A stretch of 64,000 bases of DNA from Lachnospiraceae bacterium (GTDB lineage: Bacteria > Bacillota > Clostridia > Lachnospirales > Lachnospiraceae): positions 211 to 64,210 of the forward strand of contig JAGAQG010000030.1 in assembly GCA_017622875.1 (NCBI GenBank), in the 5' to 3' direction. The notes beneath the pieces were generated by a model. That model was not told the origin of the DNA, ran no database searches, and was given only the letters and a program-made list of their open reading frames with translations. Every line of letters starts with the position of its first letter. The stretch's first letter is position 1. Below, one piece after another: positions 35,165 to 44,329 of the stretch. A program made the position numbers and the translations under genes.

Positions 35165-36094
35165 ATGAGAAAAGAACAAATGAAGAACAGTCTGCTGCTG
35201 CTTTTGACAGCATTCATCTGGGGTGTTGCTTTTGTGGCACAGAGCGTAGGCGGTGAGGCGGTAGGCTGCTTTACCTTTAATGGAGTACGAAGTCTCATTG
35301 GTGCCATCGTGCTGATTCCGGTCATTTTTTTTCTGGATGGACAGAAGAAAAAGGAGCTTGGAGAGGAGAAATTTTTAGAACAGAAAGGTGATAAAAAAAC
35401 GCTGATTTTGGGCGGCATCTGTTGTGGTGTTATGCTTTGTATCGCAAGCAATTTTCAGCAGTTTGGCATTTCCTTTACTACGGTCGGAAAAGCTGGATTT
35501 ATCACTGCAATGTATATTTTGATCGTACCAGTTTTTGGACTTTTTATGAAGAAAAAAGTCGGAGCCAAGGTGTGGATTGGCGTTGTGCTGGCGACCATCG
35601 GCCTTTACATGCTCTGTATGACCAGTGAAAGCTTTTCCTTGTCAAAAGGTGATTTTCTGGTGCTGATTTGCGCACTGTTTTTCTCCTTGCATATTTTGAT
35701 CATTGATTATTTTTCACCAAGGGTGGATGGGGTACGCATGAGCTGCATTCAGTTCTTTGTGTGTGGAGTAATCTCTACTGCAATTGCATTTGTTACAGAA
35801 TCCCCAAGTCTTCACAGCATTTTAAGCGGCTGGCTTCCAATCCTTTATGCGGGGGTGCTTTCCTGCGGAGTTGCATATACCCTGCAGATCGTCGGACAGA
35901 AAAATATGGACCCGACAGTTGCTTCGCTGATTTTGAGCTTAGAGAGTGTATTTTCTGTGCTGGCAGGCTGGGTGATCTTAAATCAGACCTTAAGCGGCCG
36001 GGAAATTTTGGGCTGTATACTGATGTTTTTGGCTATTATTCTGGCACAGCTTCCGGAAAAACAAAAGAATCCATTGTTTTTTCGGAAAAACTAA
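35165..36094 (+). CDS. DMT superfamily (EamA-type) transporter
   Basis: 10-TM profile with two EamA-like halves. AGGAG precedes ATG 35165. Confidence 0.85.
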   Translation: MRKEQMKNSLLLLLTAFIWGVAFVAQSVGGEAVGCFTFNGVRSLIGAIVLIPVIFFLDGQKKKELGEEKFLEQKGDKKTLILGGICCGVMLCIASNFQQFGISFTTVGKAGFITAMYILIVPVFGLFMKKKVGAKVWIGVVLATIGLYMLCMTSESFSLSKGDFLVLICALFFSLHILIIDYFSPRVDGVRMSCIQFFVCGVISTAIAFVTESPSLHSILSGWLPILYAGVLSCGVAYTLQIVGQKNMDPTVASLILSLESVFSVLAGWVILNQTLSGREILGCILMFLAIILAQLPEKQKNPLFFRKN

Positions 36095-36156
36095 GGTATT
36101 ATTAAAATTAGAAAAATTTTATTCGGACACTAATATTTTATATGGGGGAAAGTTCA

Positions 36157-37608
36157 ATGAAAAAGATCTTATTCGCAACATCCGAATGCGTACCATTCAT
36201 CAAAACCGGTGGACTTGCCGACGTAGCAGGTGCCCTTCCAAAAGCATTTAATAAAGATGAATTTGATGTACGCGTGATCCTGCCAAACTATCTTTGTATT
36301 CCTGAAAGATACAGAAATGAATTCGAATACCTGGGACATTTCTATTTAGGACTTGGCGGAAAATTTGCTGATACCCATTGTGGTGTTATGCGCTACGTAT
36401 TAGACGGAATCACATACTACTTCATCGATAACTTATTCTACTTCGGTGGAGAAAAACCATATGGCGATATCAGAGGAGACGTTGAAAAATTCACATTCTT
36501 CTCTAAAGCAGTATTATCTGTATTAAAAACGATTGACTTCAGACCAGATCTCATTCACTGCCATGACTGGCAGACAGGTTTCATTCCAGTGTATCTGAAG
36601 AACCAGTTTGCAGATGACCCATATTTCCACAACATCAAAACAGTATTCACAATCCATAACTTAAAATTCCAGGGTATCTGGGATATTAAGACAATGCAGG
36701 AAATCAGTGGATTTGGCGATTACTTATTCGTACCAGATAAACTGGAATACAAACATGATGCAAATATGTTAAAAGGCGGTCTCACATACTCAGACTACAT
36801 CACAACTGTATCTGAAACTTATGCACAGGAAATCCAGACAGCTGAATACGGCGAAGGCATGGAAGGTCTGTTACAGTCCCGTCATTTTGATATGCAGGGT
36901 ATCGTAAACGGTATTGATTACGATGTATACAACCCGGCAACAGATGGAAATATTTATGTAAACTACAGTGCGGCTGACTGGAGAGAAAAGAAAGTTCAGA
37001 ACAAACTGAAACTTCAGGAAGAATTAGGACTCCCGGTAGACCCTAATAAATACATGATCGGACTTGTATCCCGTCTGACAGACCAGAAGGGGTTGGATCT
37101 TATCAATGCAGTGATGGAAGGTATTGTGGATGACAATACACAGCTGGTTGTTATCGGTACAGGTGAAGGACGTTATGAAAACATGTTCCGTCACTATGCT
37201 TGGACAAGACCAGGCCAGGTATCTGCAAACATCTGCTATTCTAACAACCTTGCACAGAAATTATATGCAGCAGCAGATGCATTCTTAATGCCATCAAGAT
37301 TCGAACCATGCGGACTTACTCAGTTAATTTCCTTCCGCTATGGTACAGTACCAATCGTTCGTGAAACAGGTGGTCTGAAAGATACAGTCATTCCTTATAA
37401 TGAATACGAAAGCACAGGTGACGGATTCTCCTTCACAAACTATGATGCTGGAGATATGTTAAATGTCATTAACTACTCTAAGAAGGTCTACTTCGAACAG
37501 AGAGATAAATGGAATGAAATGGTTGACAGAGGAATGGCGAAAGACTTCTCATGGAGTGTTTCTTCTGAAAAATATGCAGGAATCTATCGCTGGTTAATTG
37601 GATGGTAG
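36157..37608 (+). CDS. glgA: Glycogen/starch synthase
   Basis: MKKILFATSECVPFIKTGGLADVAGALP (KTGGL motif) plus a GT5 C-terminal domain. Confidence 0.9.
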   Translation: MKKILFATSECVPFIKTGGLADVAGALPKAFNKDEFDVRVILPNYLCIPERYRNEFEYLGHFYLGLGGKFADTHCGVMRYVLDGITYYFIDNLFYFGGEKPYGDIRGDVEKFTFFSKAVLSVLKTIDFRPDLIHCHDWQTGFIPVYLKNQFADDPYFHNIKTVFTIHNLKFQGIWDIKTMQEISGFGDYLFVPDKLEYKHDANMLKGGLTYSDYITTVSETYAQEIQTAEYGEGMEGLLQSRHFDMQGIVNGIDYDVYNPATDGNIYVNYSAADWREKKVQNKLKLQEELGLPVDPNKYMIGLVSRLTDQKGLDLINAVMEGIVDDNTQLVVIGTGEGRYENMFRHYAWTRPGQVSANICYSNNLAQKLYAAADAFLMPSRFEPCGLTQLISFRYGTVPIVRETGGLKDTVIPYNEYESTGDGFSFTNYDAGDMLNVINYSKKVYFEQRDKWNEMVDRGMAKDFSWSVSSEKYAGIYRWLIGW

Positions 37609-37624
37609 GATTTTAATCCACGAA

Positions 37625-37665
37625 TACCAAAAAAGAGCTTGTGAAAACAAGCTCTTTTTTGGTAT
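37625..37665. terminator. Bidirectional terminator (glgA / kinase convergent pair)
   Basis: ATACCAAAAAAGAGCTTGT-GAAA-ACAAGCTCTTTTTTGGTAT perfect palindrome. Confidence 0.8.
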
Positions 37666-37695
37666 TGGAAAACATGAAACAATCTGTTGATAAAT

Positions 37696-38364
37696 TTAAA
37701 ATGAGAGAGGCAGGCTGATTAGGACGGTCGTACCTGCCCCTTCTCTGGAATCTATGGACAGCTTTCCGCCGTGAGATGAAATGATTCGTTTCACGATAGG
37801 TAAGCCAAGTCCCGTACCGTAGGATTTGGTGGTATGAAAAGGTTCAAAGATCTTATCCATCTGTTCCTTGCTCATACCACAGCCATGGTCTGCGACGCAG
37901 ATATGGAGCGTGGTTTCATCCGCAGTAATGCGAAGCTCGATGGGGCTTCCTGCTTCAGAGCTTTCTGCAGCATTCTTTAAAAGATTAATGATTGCCTGGC
38001 GAAGCTTCACTTCGTCAGCAGGAAAATCAAGATCCAGAATGTCACAGGTCAGCGTTAGCGGCGTCCCGGTCTCTAAAAGAAATCCGGCGGTGGATTCTAA
38101 AAGATCTTCTGTAAAATCAAAGAGGTTGATGGTTGTAATATTTAGCACATTTCCTTTTTGAAAGGAAGATAATTCGTCAATCAGTCCCCGAAGATTTTTT
38201 AGATCTTCCATGGTCTGATTCCAGAAGCGAAAGGTCTTTACTTCTGGATGATCGCTTTCAATCAGCTGCAGGGAGCTGTTTATTAGAGTAAGAGGATTTT
38301 TTATTTCATGGAACATTTTAGAAAGTTCAAGAGATTCCTCTGATAGATTGTTTACATTGGACAT
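37696..38364 (-). CDS. Sensor-less orphan histidine kinase (DHp + CA only, 222 aa, no TM)
   Basis: H-box FHEIKNPLTLI, N-box LLKNAAES, G1 DHGCGM, G2 GTGLGL. AGAGGTGA precedes ATG 38364. No response-regulator gene is adjacent. Confidence 0.85.
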   Translation of the reverse strand: MSNVNNLSEESLELSKMFHEIKNPLTLINSSLQLIESDHPEVKTFRFWNQTMEDLKNLRGLIDELSSFQKGNVLNITTINLFDFTEDLLESTAGFLLETGTPLTLTCDILDLDFPADEVKLRQAIINLLKNAAESSEAGSPIELRITADETTLHICVADHGCGMSKEQMDKIFEPFHTTKSYGTGLGLPIVKRIISSHGGKLSIDSREGAGTTVLISLPLSF

Positions 38365-38422
38365 AGGTATCACCTCTAGGGAAAATCGTAACATTGATTT
38401 CTGTAAAATAACAGAAAAATCG

Positions 38423-38439
38423 TTCGACAGATTTCGACA
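38423..38439. promoter_or_regulatory. Two perfect Spo0A (0A) boxes phased 10 bp apart
   Basis: TTCGACAGATTTCGACA: boxes at 38423-29 and 38433-39, reading TGTCGAA toward the kinase gene. They lie 59-75 nt upstream of its ATG. Confidence 0.6.
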
Positions 38440-38528
38440 AAGGTGCGAAAAAGTAAAGTAGGCAAAATTGCTTTACCGTGATAAAATGAAAAAACGTAAA
38501 TGCATTTTGGAAAAGGAGAATGAAAAAA

Positions 38529-38936
38529 ATGAGAGATGCAAATTGTGTATTTTGCAAAATTTTAGATGGAGTGATTCCATCCACAAAATTATACGAAGAT
38601 AATGATTTTGCTATTATTTTAGACATTGGTCCGGCCACATTTGGACATGCGCTGGTAATTCCGAAAAATCATTATGCAAACATTTATGAAATGCCGGAAG
38701 AAATGCTTTCCAAATCCATCTGCCTGGCAAAGGTATGGGGAGAAAAGCTTGTAAAGGCATTCCATGCAGACGGTCTGAACCTTGTACAGAACAATGGGCT
38801 GGCAGCAGGTCAGACGGTGTACCACTATCATTTACATTTAATTCCACGTTACGATGGAGACGGTGTGGGTGATCTCTGGACACCAGGCTCTCTGAGTGAT
38901 GAGCAAAGAAAAGAAATTTTAGAAAAACTTGCATAA
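38529..38936 (+). CDS. HIT family (histidine triad) protein
   Basis: CVFCKI N-terminus and HYHLHLIP triad. The SD GGAG lies 10 nt before ATG 38529 and only 1 nt before the ORF-track ATG 38520. Confidence 0.85.
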   Translation: MRDANCVFCKILDGVIPSTKLYEDNDFAIILDIGPATFGHALVIPKNHYANIYEMPEEMLSKSICLAKVWGEKLVKAFHADGLNLVQNNGLAAGQTVYHYHLHLIPRYDGDGVGDLWTPGSLSDEQRKEILEKLA

Positions 38937-38953
38937 TGTGAGAGATACAAAAG

Positions 38954-39496
38954 ATGAGTCAAAAACTGGATAGATTTCATAAATACCTGAATCTTTATCA
39001 GAAGCTGGTAAAGGTAAATGCAGGCAAGATCGTCGATGACCAGTTGGCAGAAGATGTAGCACAGGAAACATTTATTAAGATGTATGAGCATCTGGACTTT
39101 CTGGAAGACGATACAGTGAAGCAGTGGCTGATTGTTGTATCTGGAAATATTGCAAAAGATTATGCAAAGAAAGGCGGAAGCGTAGAGCTTCATTCCATGG
39201 ACCCTTGTGAATTGGTAGAACAGATAGAAGGTGCCTGCGAATCCGCAGAGGAGTGTTTTGAGAAAGAGGCAAAACAAAAGGCAGCCCGCGAACTTGTACG
39301 GACTGCCTGCAGTCTTCTCTATGAAAAGAATCCAAACTGGTATTATATATTGATTGACTCCTGCATCGTGGGAATGACAAGTTCACAGATTGCCAAGGTG
39401 TTAAATACAACACCCGGAAATGTGGATGTTATGAAATCCAGAGCAAGAGCCTATTTGAAAAAGAAGATTGGTCAGCAATATTATGATTTTTTCTGA
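38954..39496 (+). CDS. ECF-type sigma-70 family RNA polymerase sigma factor
   Basis: Region 2 (AEDVAQETFIKMYEHL) and region 4 (MTSSQIAKVLNTTPGNVDVMKSRARAYLKKK). Confidence 0.8.
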   Translation: MSQKLDRFHKYLNLYQKLVKVNAGKIVDDQLAEDVAQETFIKMYEHLDFLEDDTVKQWLIVVSGNIAKDYAKKGGSVELHSMDPCELVEQIEGACESAEECFEKEAKQKAARELVRTACSLLYEKNPNWYYILIDSCIVGMTSSQIAKVLNTTPGNVDVMKSRARAYLKKKIGQQYYDFF

Positions 39497-40557
39497 GCCG
39501 CCAATTCTTCTAAAAGGCCAGTGATTGTTTCGATGGAATTGCCCATCGGGCTGGTTGCCATGGCATTTACGTATGAATCACGATTTTCCCAGAGTGCGCT
39601 TAAGGCTTCATAGAGGGTATCGCCATTTAACTGTTCTTCTTCAAGAACTGCGGCATAGCCTTGCTTTTCAAAGGAACGGGCATTTAAGATCTGGTCTCCG
39701 CGGCTTGCAGCTGCTGAGAGAGGAATCAGAAGTGCCGGTTTTCGAAGTGCTAAGAACTCACAGATGGAGTTTGCACCTGCACGGGAAATTACAATATCGG
39801 AAAGTGCGAACAGATCCTTCAGTTCGTCGGAAATGTACTCATACTGTACGTAACCGTTCATTGCGGTTAAGGTATGATCTAATTTGCCCTTTCCGCACAG
39901 ATGAATGATTTCAAATTTTTTAAGAAGCTTTGGCAAAATGCTTCGAACAGCTTCGTTTACAACAACAGATCCCAAAGAACCGCCGATAATTAAGAGCACA
40001 GGTTTTTCTCCCGTAAGACCGGTAAACTGTAAGGCTTTTTTTCGGTCGCCGGATAAGAGCTCCTGACGGATTGGCGAGCCGGAAAGAACTGCTTTTTCCT
40101 TAGGAAGATGGTTCATCGTTTCCGGGAAGTTGCAGCATACTTTGGATGCGGCTGGGATAGAGAGTTTGTTGGCAAGCCCCGGTGTCATATCAGATTCGTG
40201 AATGATGACCGGAATGCGGTGCTGTTTGGCAGCGATTACAACCGGTACGGATACAAAACCACCTTTAGAAAATACAACATCAGGCTTCAATTTTTTGAGC
40301 AATTTAGAGGCTTCAGAAAAGCCTTTTAACACTTTAAAAGGATCTGAGAAGTTCTTCAGATCAAAATAACGGCGAAGCTTTCCGGAGGAGATTCCATAGT
40401 ATGGAACACCGCAGGCTTCGATCAGAGTTTTTTCGATTCCATTATAGGAACCGATATAATGAACATCATAGCCAAGCTCGCGAAGCTTTGGCAGCAATGC
40501 AATATTTGGGGTAACGTGGCCGGCTGTACCACCGCCGGTTAATACAATTCGTTTCAT
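39481..40557 (-). CDS. murG: UDP-GlcNAc:lipid I GlcNAc transferase
   Basis: MKRIVLTGGGTAGHVTPNIAL plus a GT28 C-terminal domain. GGAGG precedes ATG 40557. Confidence 0.9.
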   Translation of the reverse strand: MKRIVLTGGGTAGHVTPNIALLPKLRELGYDVHYIGSYNGIEKTLIEACGVPYYGISSGKLRRYFDLKNFSDPFKVLKGFSEASKLLKKLKPDVVFSKGGFVSVPVVIAAKQHRIPVIIHESDMTPGLANKLSIPAASKVCCNFPETMNHLPKEKAVLSGSPIRQELLSGDRKKALQFTGLTGEKPVLLIIGGSLGSVVVNEAVRSILPKLLKKFEIIHLCGKGKLDHTLTAMNGYVQYEYISDELKDLFALSDIVISRAGANSICEFLALRKPALLIPLSAAASRGDQILNARSFEKQGYAAVLEEEQLNGDTLYEALSALWENRDSYVNAMATSPMGNSIETITGLLEELAAQKKS

Positions 40558-40655
40558 AGAAACCTCCATAGGGTTGATTGGGCGATAAAATACCTCTTAA
40601 AATATTATGATACGCAGAAAAGTAAAAGTCAACGAAAACAAAAAAAGGAAATTTT

Positions 40656-41417
40656 ATGAAACAAAAAGAATTTTTTGATTTGGCCGATGAGATGGAAAAG
40701 GAGTGCGGCGATTGGGAGAATTCGGAAGGGATGTCGAAGGAGTCTTATGACGCGCTGATTTCGAAGGTCGAGAGGATGGACCGTGAGGCAGAGGCGGCGA
40801 AAGAGATAAGGACAGAGAAAAAGACCGGGACAAGACGGTTTCGGCTGAGGAAGCGGTATGTCGTGGTGTTGGCGGCTGCACTGGTACTTTTGATGGGTAC
40901 GGGGGTAGTTGGCGACAGGGCATGGATTGCGGAGAGTAATGACCTGGAGAGGGTCAGTGAGGTAACGACGAAGGTCAATAATGAGGAGAAGGATAGTATT
41001 CTGCTGGAAGAGGAGGCGATTTATCAGGAAATTGCGGATAAGTTGGGAATTGCACCGATGAGGCTGGGGTATATTCCGAATGGAATGGAACTGGACAGTT
41101 ATTCAATTATTGAGGATACTGGATGGGCATATGTGAATTATTTGTATGATGAAAAGATTATTTCAATAAAAATGGTAAAAGACAATATTGAAGTGTCCAG
41201 CAATATACAGTGGGATGGTCAAGCTAAAAAAATAGAAAATATAGATAATATTCATGGATATTCTGAAAATATTGAAGCATATTGTGTGGATGAGGAAAAT
41301 AAAAACTATGCTGCAAATATAAAATATGGAAACGGATATTATAATATTTTGGGGTCATTTTCCTCTGATGAAGAATTTTTAGAAATTTTAAATGGAATTT
41401 ATTTCAAAAACCTGTAA
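40656..41417 (+). CDS. Putative anti-sigma factor-like membrane protein (DUF4367-like)
   Basis: Acidic cytoplasmic N-terminus, single TM (YVVVLAAALVLLMGTGVV) and an extracellular domain. The family was recalled from pattern only. Confidence 0.5.
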   Translation: MKQKEFFDLADEMEKECGDWENSEGMSKESYDALISKVERMDREAEAAKEIRTEKKTGTRRFRLRKRYVVVLAAALVLLMGTGVVGDRAWIAESNDLERVSEVTTKVNNEEKDSILLEEEAIYQEIADKLGIAPMRLGYIPNGMELDSYSIIEDTGWAYVNYLYDEKIISIKMVKDNIEVSSNIQWDGQAKKIENIDNIHGYSENIEAYCVDEENKNYAANIKYGNGYYNILGSFSSDEEFLEILNGIYFKNL

Positions 41418-41487
41418 GGTTTTTGCTGCTGAATCGTATTTATAGTGTAAGGCTTACAAATACGAGAAAGAAAGGAGAGAGAAACCA

Positions 41488-41970
41488 ATGAAGAAACTGT
41501 TGAGTGTAACCTTAAGTGTTTTCTTACTTTTGGGATGTTTTCATCTGAATGTATCTGCTGCAGAAGCAGTATATCCAAAAGTAAGTCACGCTTATACAAC
41601 GACAGAAGACTTTGCAAGCGATGAATGGTCAGTGGCTCAGCGAGGGGCCTATTTGGGTAGTGGAACCTCAACCATTGCCCGTGCAGACAGTACTCATATT
41701 CATATCTCAGGTGACACAACTGCAATGCAGACCTGCGATAAAGTGAGATTAACATTGTATGTGGAACAGTCGGAGTCTTATGCAACGGGATATTCTACTT
41801 ATAAGACTTATTCCTATTCCGCAGAGAATGTATATCAGCTTGTAAAAGGAATTTCAAACATTTCCGTGGAACGTGGCTACTATTACAGGGTGAAAGGCGT
41901 CCATTCTGTAACTGAAGGCAGTGTCACGGAAACCACAGACAGCGTAACCGATCCAATCGATTATCGCTAA
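41488..41970 (+). CDS. Secreted hypothetical protein
   Basis: Signal peptide MKKLLSVTLSVFLLLGCFHLNVSAAEA. RBS AAAGGAGAG. Confidence 0.6.
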   Translation: MKKLLSVTLSVFLLLGCFHLNVSAAEAVYPKVSHAYTTTEDFASDEWSVAQRGAYLGSGTSTIARADSTHIHISGDTTAMQTCDKVRLTLYVEQSESYATGYSTYKTYSYSAENVYQLVKGISNISVERGYYYRVKGVHSVTEGSVTETTDSVTDPIDYR

Positions 41971-42514
41971 ACAATAACACGTACATCATATTAAACAAAC
42001 AAAATTAAAAAACAAAAAATTAAAACATGTGTATTTCCCCTGGCCATCCATCGGTCAGGAAGACAATGAAAACCAAAAAAACGTATTTTATTCAAAACTA
42101 ACTTTTGAACTCTTAAATACAAACATTTAATGTGTTCCCTCTTTGAACAGCCGAAATGTTCTTCTATGGCTCCTTTTGAAGGGTTTTCGGATAATCAAAG
42201 AAAATAAAACAACATTAAGGAAATTTTTAAAAATCATATGATATTGTAGATGTCTTTTCCGACAAAAGAAAATAATATCAACACCAAAAAACATTCATTT
42301 AAATTTATCAGGCAATCGTAAGAAAACAAAATTTAAAAAACAAAAGATGAAAAACTAAATATTGCTTTATTACGAAACTAAAAAACAAAATCAACAAATT
42401 TAAGTCACTACGCAGTTTTATTTACACATAAAATGCTTAGAACTCTCCAAGATTCACTTCCAAAGTCAGTAAAATAAAAAAATCAAAATAAACGGAGAAA
42501 GCTTAAATTTATAA

Positions 42515-42545
42515 GGACGAGAAATCCCAAGTTCTCGTCCTTTTT
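42515..42545 (+). terminator. Rho-independent terminator closing the A-rich spacer
   Basis: GGACGAGAA-N8-TTCTCGTCC followed by TTTTT. Confidence 0.75.
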
Positions 42546-42583
42546 CAATGTCGAAAAAATGTGATAGGCGCAATTTCTGTTGG

Positions 42584-42612
42584 TTGCGAAGAGTTTGTAA
42601 ATAGAATATAAT
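42584..42612 (+). promoter_or_regulatory. SigA promoter of mtnN
   Basis: TTGCGA-N17-TATAAT, 31 nt before the ATG. Confidence 0.7.
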
Positions 42613-42642
42613 AAGTTCATTAAACGTAAGGAGAAGAACAGG

Positions 42643-43341
42643 ATGTCAGTAATTGGAATTATCGGCGCTATGGAAGAGGAAGTAGCAGCTTTAAAAGAAA
42701 AAATGCAGATCAGCGGAGTCTTAAAAAAAGCCTCCATGGAATTTTATAAGGGAACCTTACAGGGAAAACCGGTCGTTGTGGTAAGAAGCGGTATCGGTAA
42801 AGTGAATGCTGGACTTTGTACCCAGATTCTTGTAGATGTGTTTGGTGTCAGTAAAGTCATTAATACAGGAATCGCAGGCTCTTTGGATACACGTATTGAT
42901 ATCGGAGATATTGTAGTGTCTACAGAAGCAGTGCAGCATGATATGGATGCCACTCAGTTCGGTTACCCATTGGGACAGATTCCTCGTATGGAAACCTTTG
43001 CCTTTCCGGCAGATGAAGCTATGGTAAAGACAGCGAAGGAAGCATGCGAAAAGGTAAATCCGGAAATCAGTGTATTTACCGGTCGTGTGGTAACTGGAGA
43101 CCAGTTTGTAGCAAGCAAAGAAGTAAAAGATCACATTAAGACGAACTTTGATGGTCTTTGCACAGAGATGGAGGGCGCAGCCATCGCTCAGGCCGCATGG
43201 CTAAACAATGTTCCGTTTGTTATTATCCGTGCCATCTCGGATAAAGCAGATGACAGTGCAGAAATGGATTATCCGACTTTTGAGCGTCAGGCTATCATCC
43301 ACAGCGTACGTCTGACAGAAGAAATGATCCGCCGCCTGTAA
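42643..43341 (+). CDS. mtnN: 5'-methylthioadenosine / S-adenosylhomocysteine nucleosidase
   Basis: IGIIGAMEEEV N-terminus, CTEMEGAAIAQ and IRAISD motifs. Confidence 0.9.
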   Translation: MSVIGIIGAMEEEVAALKEKMQISGVLKKASMEFYKGTLQGKPVVVVRSGIGKVNAGLCTQILVDVFGVSKVINTGIAGSLDTRIDIGDIVVSTEAVQHDMDATQFGYPLGQIPRMETFAFPADEAMVKTAKEACEKVNPEISVFTGRVVTGDQFVASKEVKDHIKTNFDGLCTEMEGAAIAQAAWLNNVPFVIIRAISDKADDSAEMDYPTFERQAIIHSVRLTEEMIRRL

Positions 43342-43382
43342 AATATGACGAATTTTTAACGACACATTTTTCGTTTCAGAAA

Positions 43383-43435
43383 AGCCCTTTTTCACTATAA
43401 TGCCTGTACAGACCTATGGTGAAAGGGGGCTTTTT
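43383..43435 (+). terminator. Long-loop hairpin plus T-run after mtnN
   Basis: AGCCCTTTTTCAC-N23-GTGAAAGGGGGCT (two G-U pairs) followed by TTTTT. The 3' arm contains the only SD-like sequence of the following small ORF. Confidence 0.5.
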
Positions 43436-43759
43436 ATGCTAATGCAGATCATGAAAATTGAAAACCTGATTTTCTACATACTGGCAGCGGAAGTGTTTTT
43501 TCTTTTGCTGATTCAGCTTCGGACAAACAGTCTTTTAAAGAAAACTTTAAGGCTGAGGGGACAGAAAAAAGAGAATTTAAAAAAACTGAAAGAGGAAGTC
43601 AAAAACGGGCCTTCCGAAATTCCGGTGGTAAAGTTTGAGAATGAAAAACATAAAAATAAAGCACCAGAGGAGCGTAAAGCGGAGAAACCGAAAAAAGGAA
43701 CCTATGATGCAGCAGAAATGGCGGTTCTGCAGGAAATGATGACGGAATTCTTTGGATAA
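43436..43759 (+). CDS. Small hypothetical membrane protein (107 aa), lysine-rich tail
   Basis: One TM helix (IFYILAAEVFFLLLIQL). Coding status is uncertain. Confidence 0.4.
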   Translation: MLMQIMKIENLIFYILAAEVFFLLLIQLRTNSLLKKTLRLRGQKKENLKKLKEEVKNGPSEIPVVKFENEKHKNKAPEERKAEKPKKGTYDAAEMAVLQEMMTEFFG

Positions 43760-43838
43760 AATGCATTTTTTCTTGCGAATAGAAACCGCATTTGTTATGC
43801 TTTGAGTAAGGGTTAAAATACAAAGGAGGTATTTATTA

Positions 43839-44219
43839 ATGTTAACAAACTATGTAACAGGATATGACCATATTGGTGTTCCAACAAACGATATGGATGC
43901 TACAACAAAATTTTATGAAGCCATTGGATTTAAAATGGTTCATGAAAAGGAAAACAACGGAATCGTAAGATTCTTCCAGTATGGAGACATCATTATCGAG
44001 ACTTATGAAAAACATGGGGAAGCAACTGGCAAAAGAGGTGCCATCGACCATATCGCTCTTCGCGTGACAGATGTGGAAGCATGCGCAAAGGAAGCTGCAG
44101 AACAAGGCTTTAAGATCGTGGAAGGTCCGAATACACTTCCATTTTGGGAAAATGGAATCCGCTATGTATGTATCGAAGGCCCGAATACAGAAATTGTAGA
44201 GTTTTTACAGAAGCTGTAG
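43839..44219 (+). CDS. VOC / glyoxalase-family protein
   Basis: YDHIGVPTNDMDATTKFYEAIGF...AIDHIALRV pattern. RBS AAAGGAGG. Confidence 0.8.
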   Translation: MLTNYVTGYDHIGVPTNDMDATTKFYEAIGFKMVHEKENNGIVRFFQYGDIIIETYEKHGEATGKRGAIDHIALRVTDVEACAKEAAEQGFKIVEGPNTLPFWENGIRYVCIEGPNTEIVEFLQKL

Positions 44220-44329
44220 GAAAATCAGACAGGATTCTTGAATTCAAAAATATTTAATAGTATAATGGCTTCAGTTGACGGTATTTGGGGGACGGAAAAT
44301 TACAATTCAGAATAAGGGAGGATTCCATC

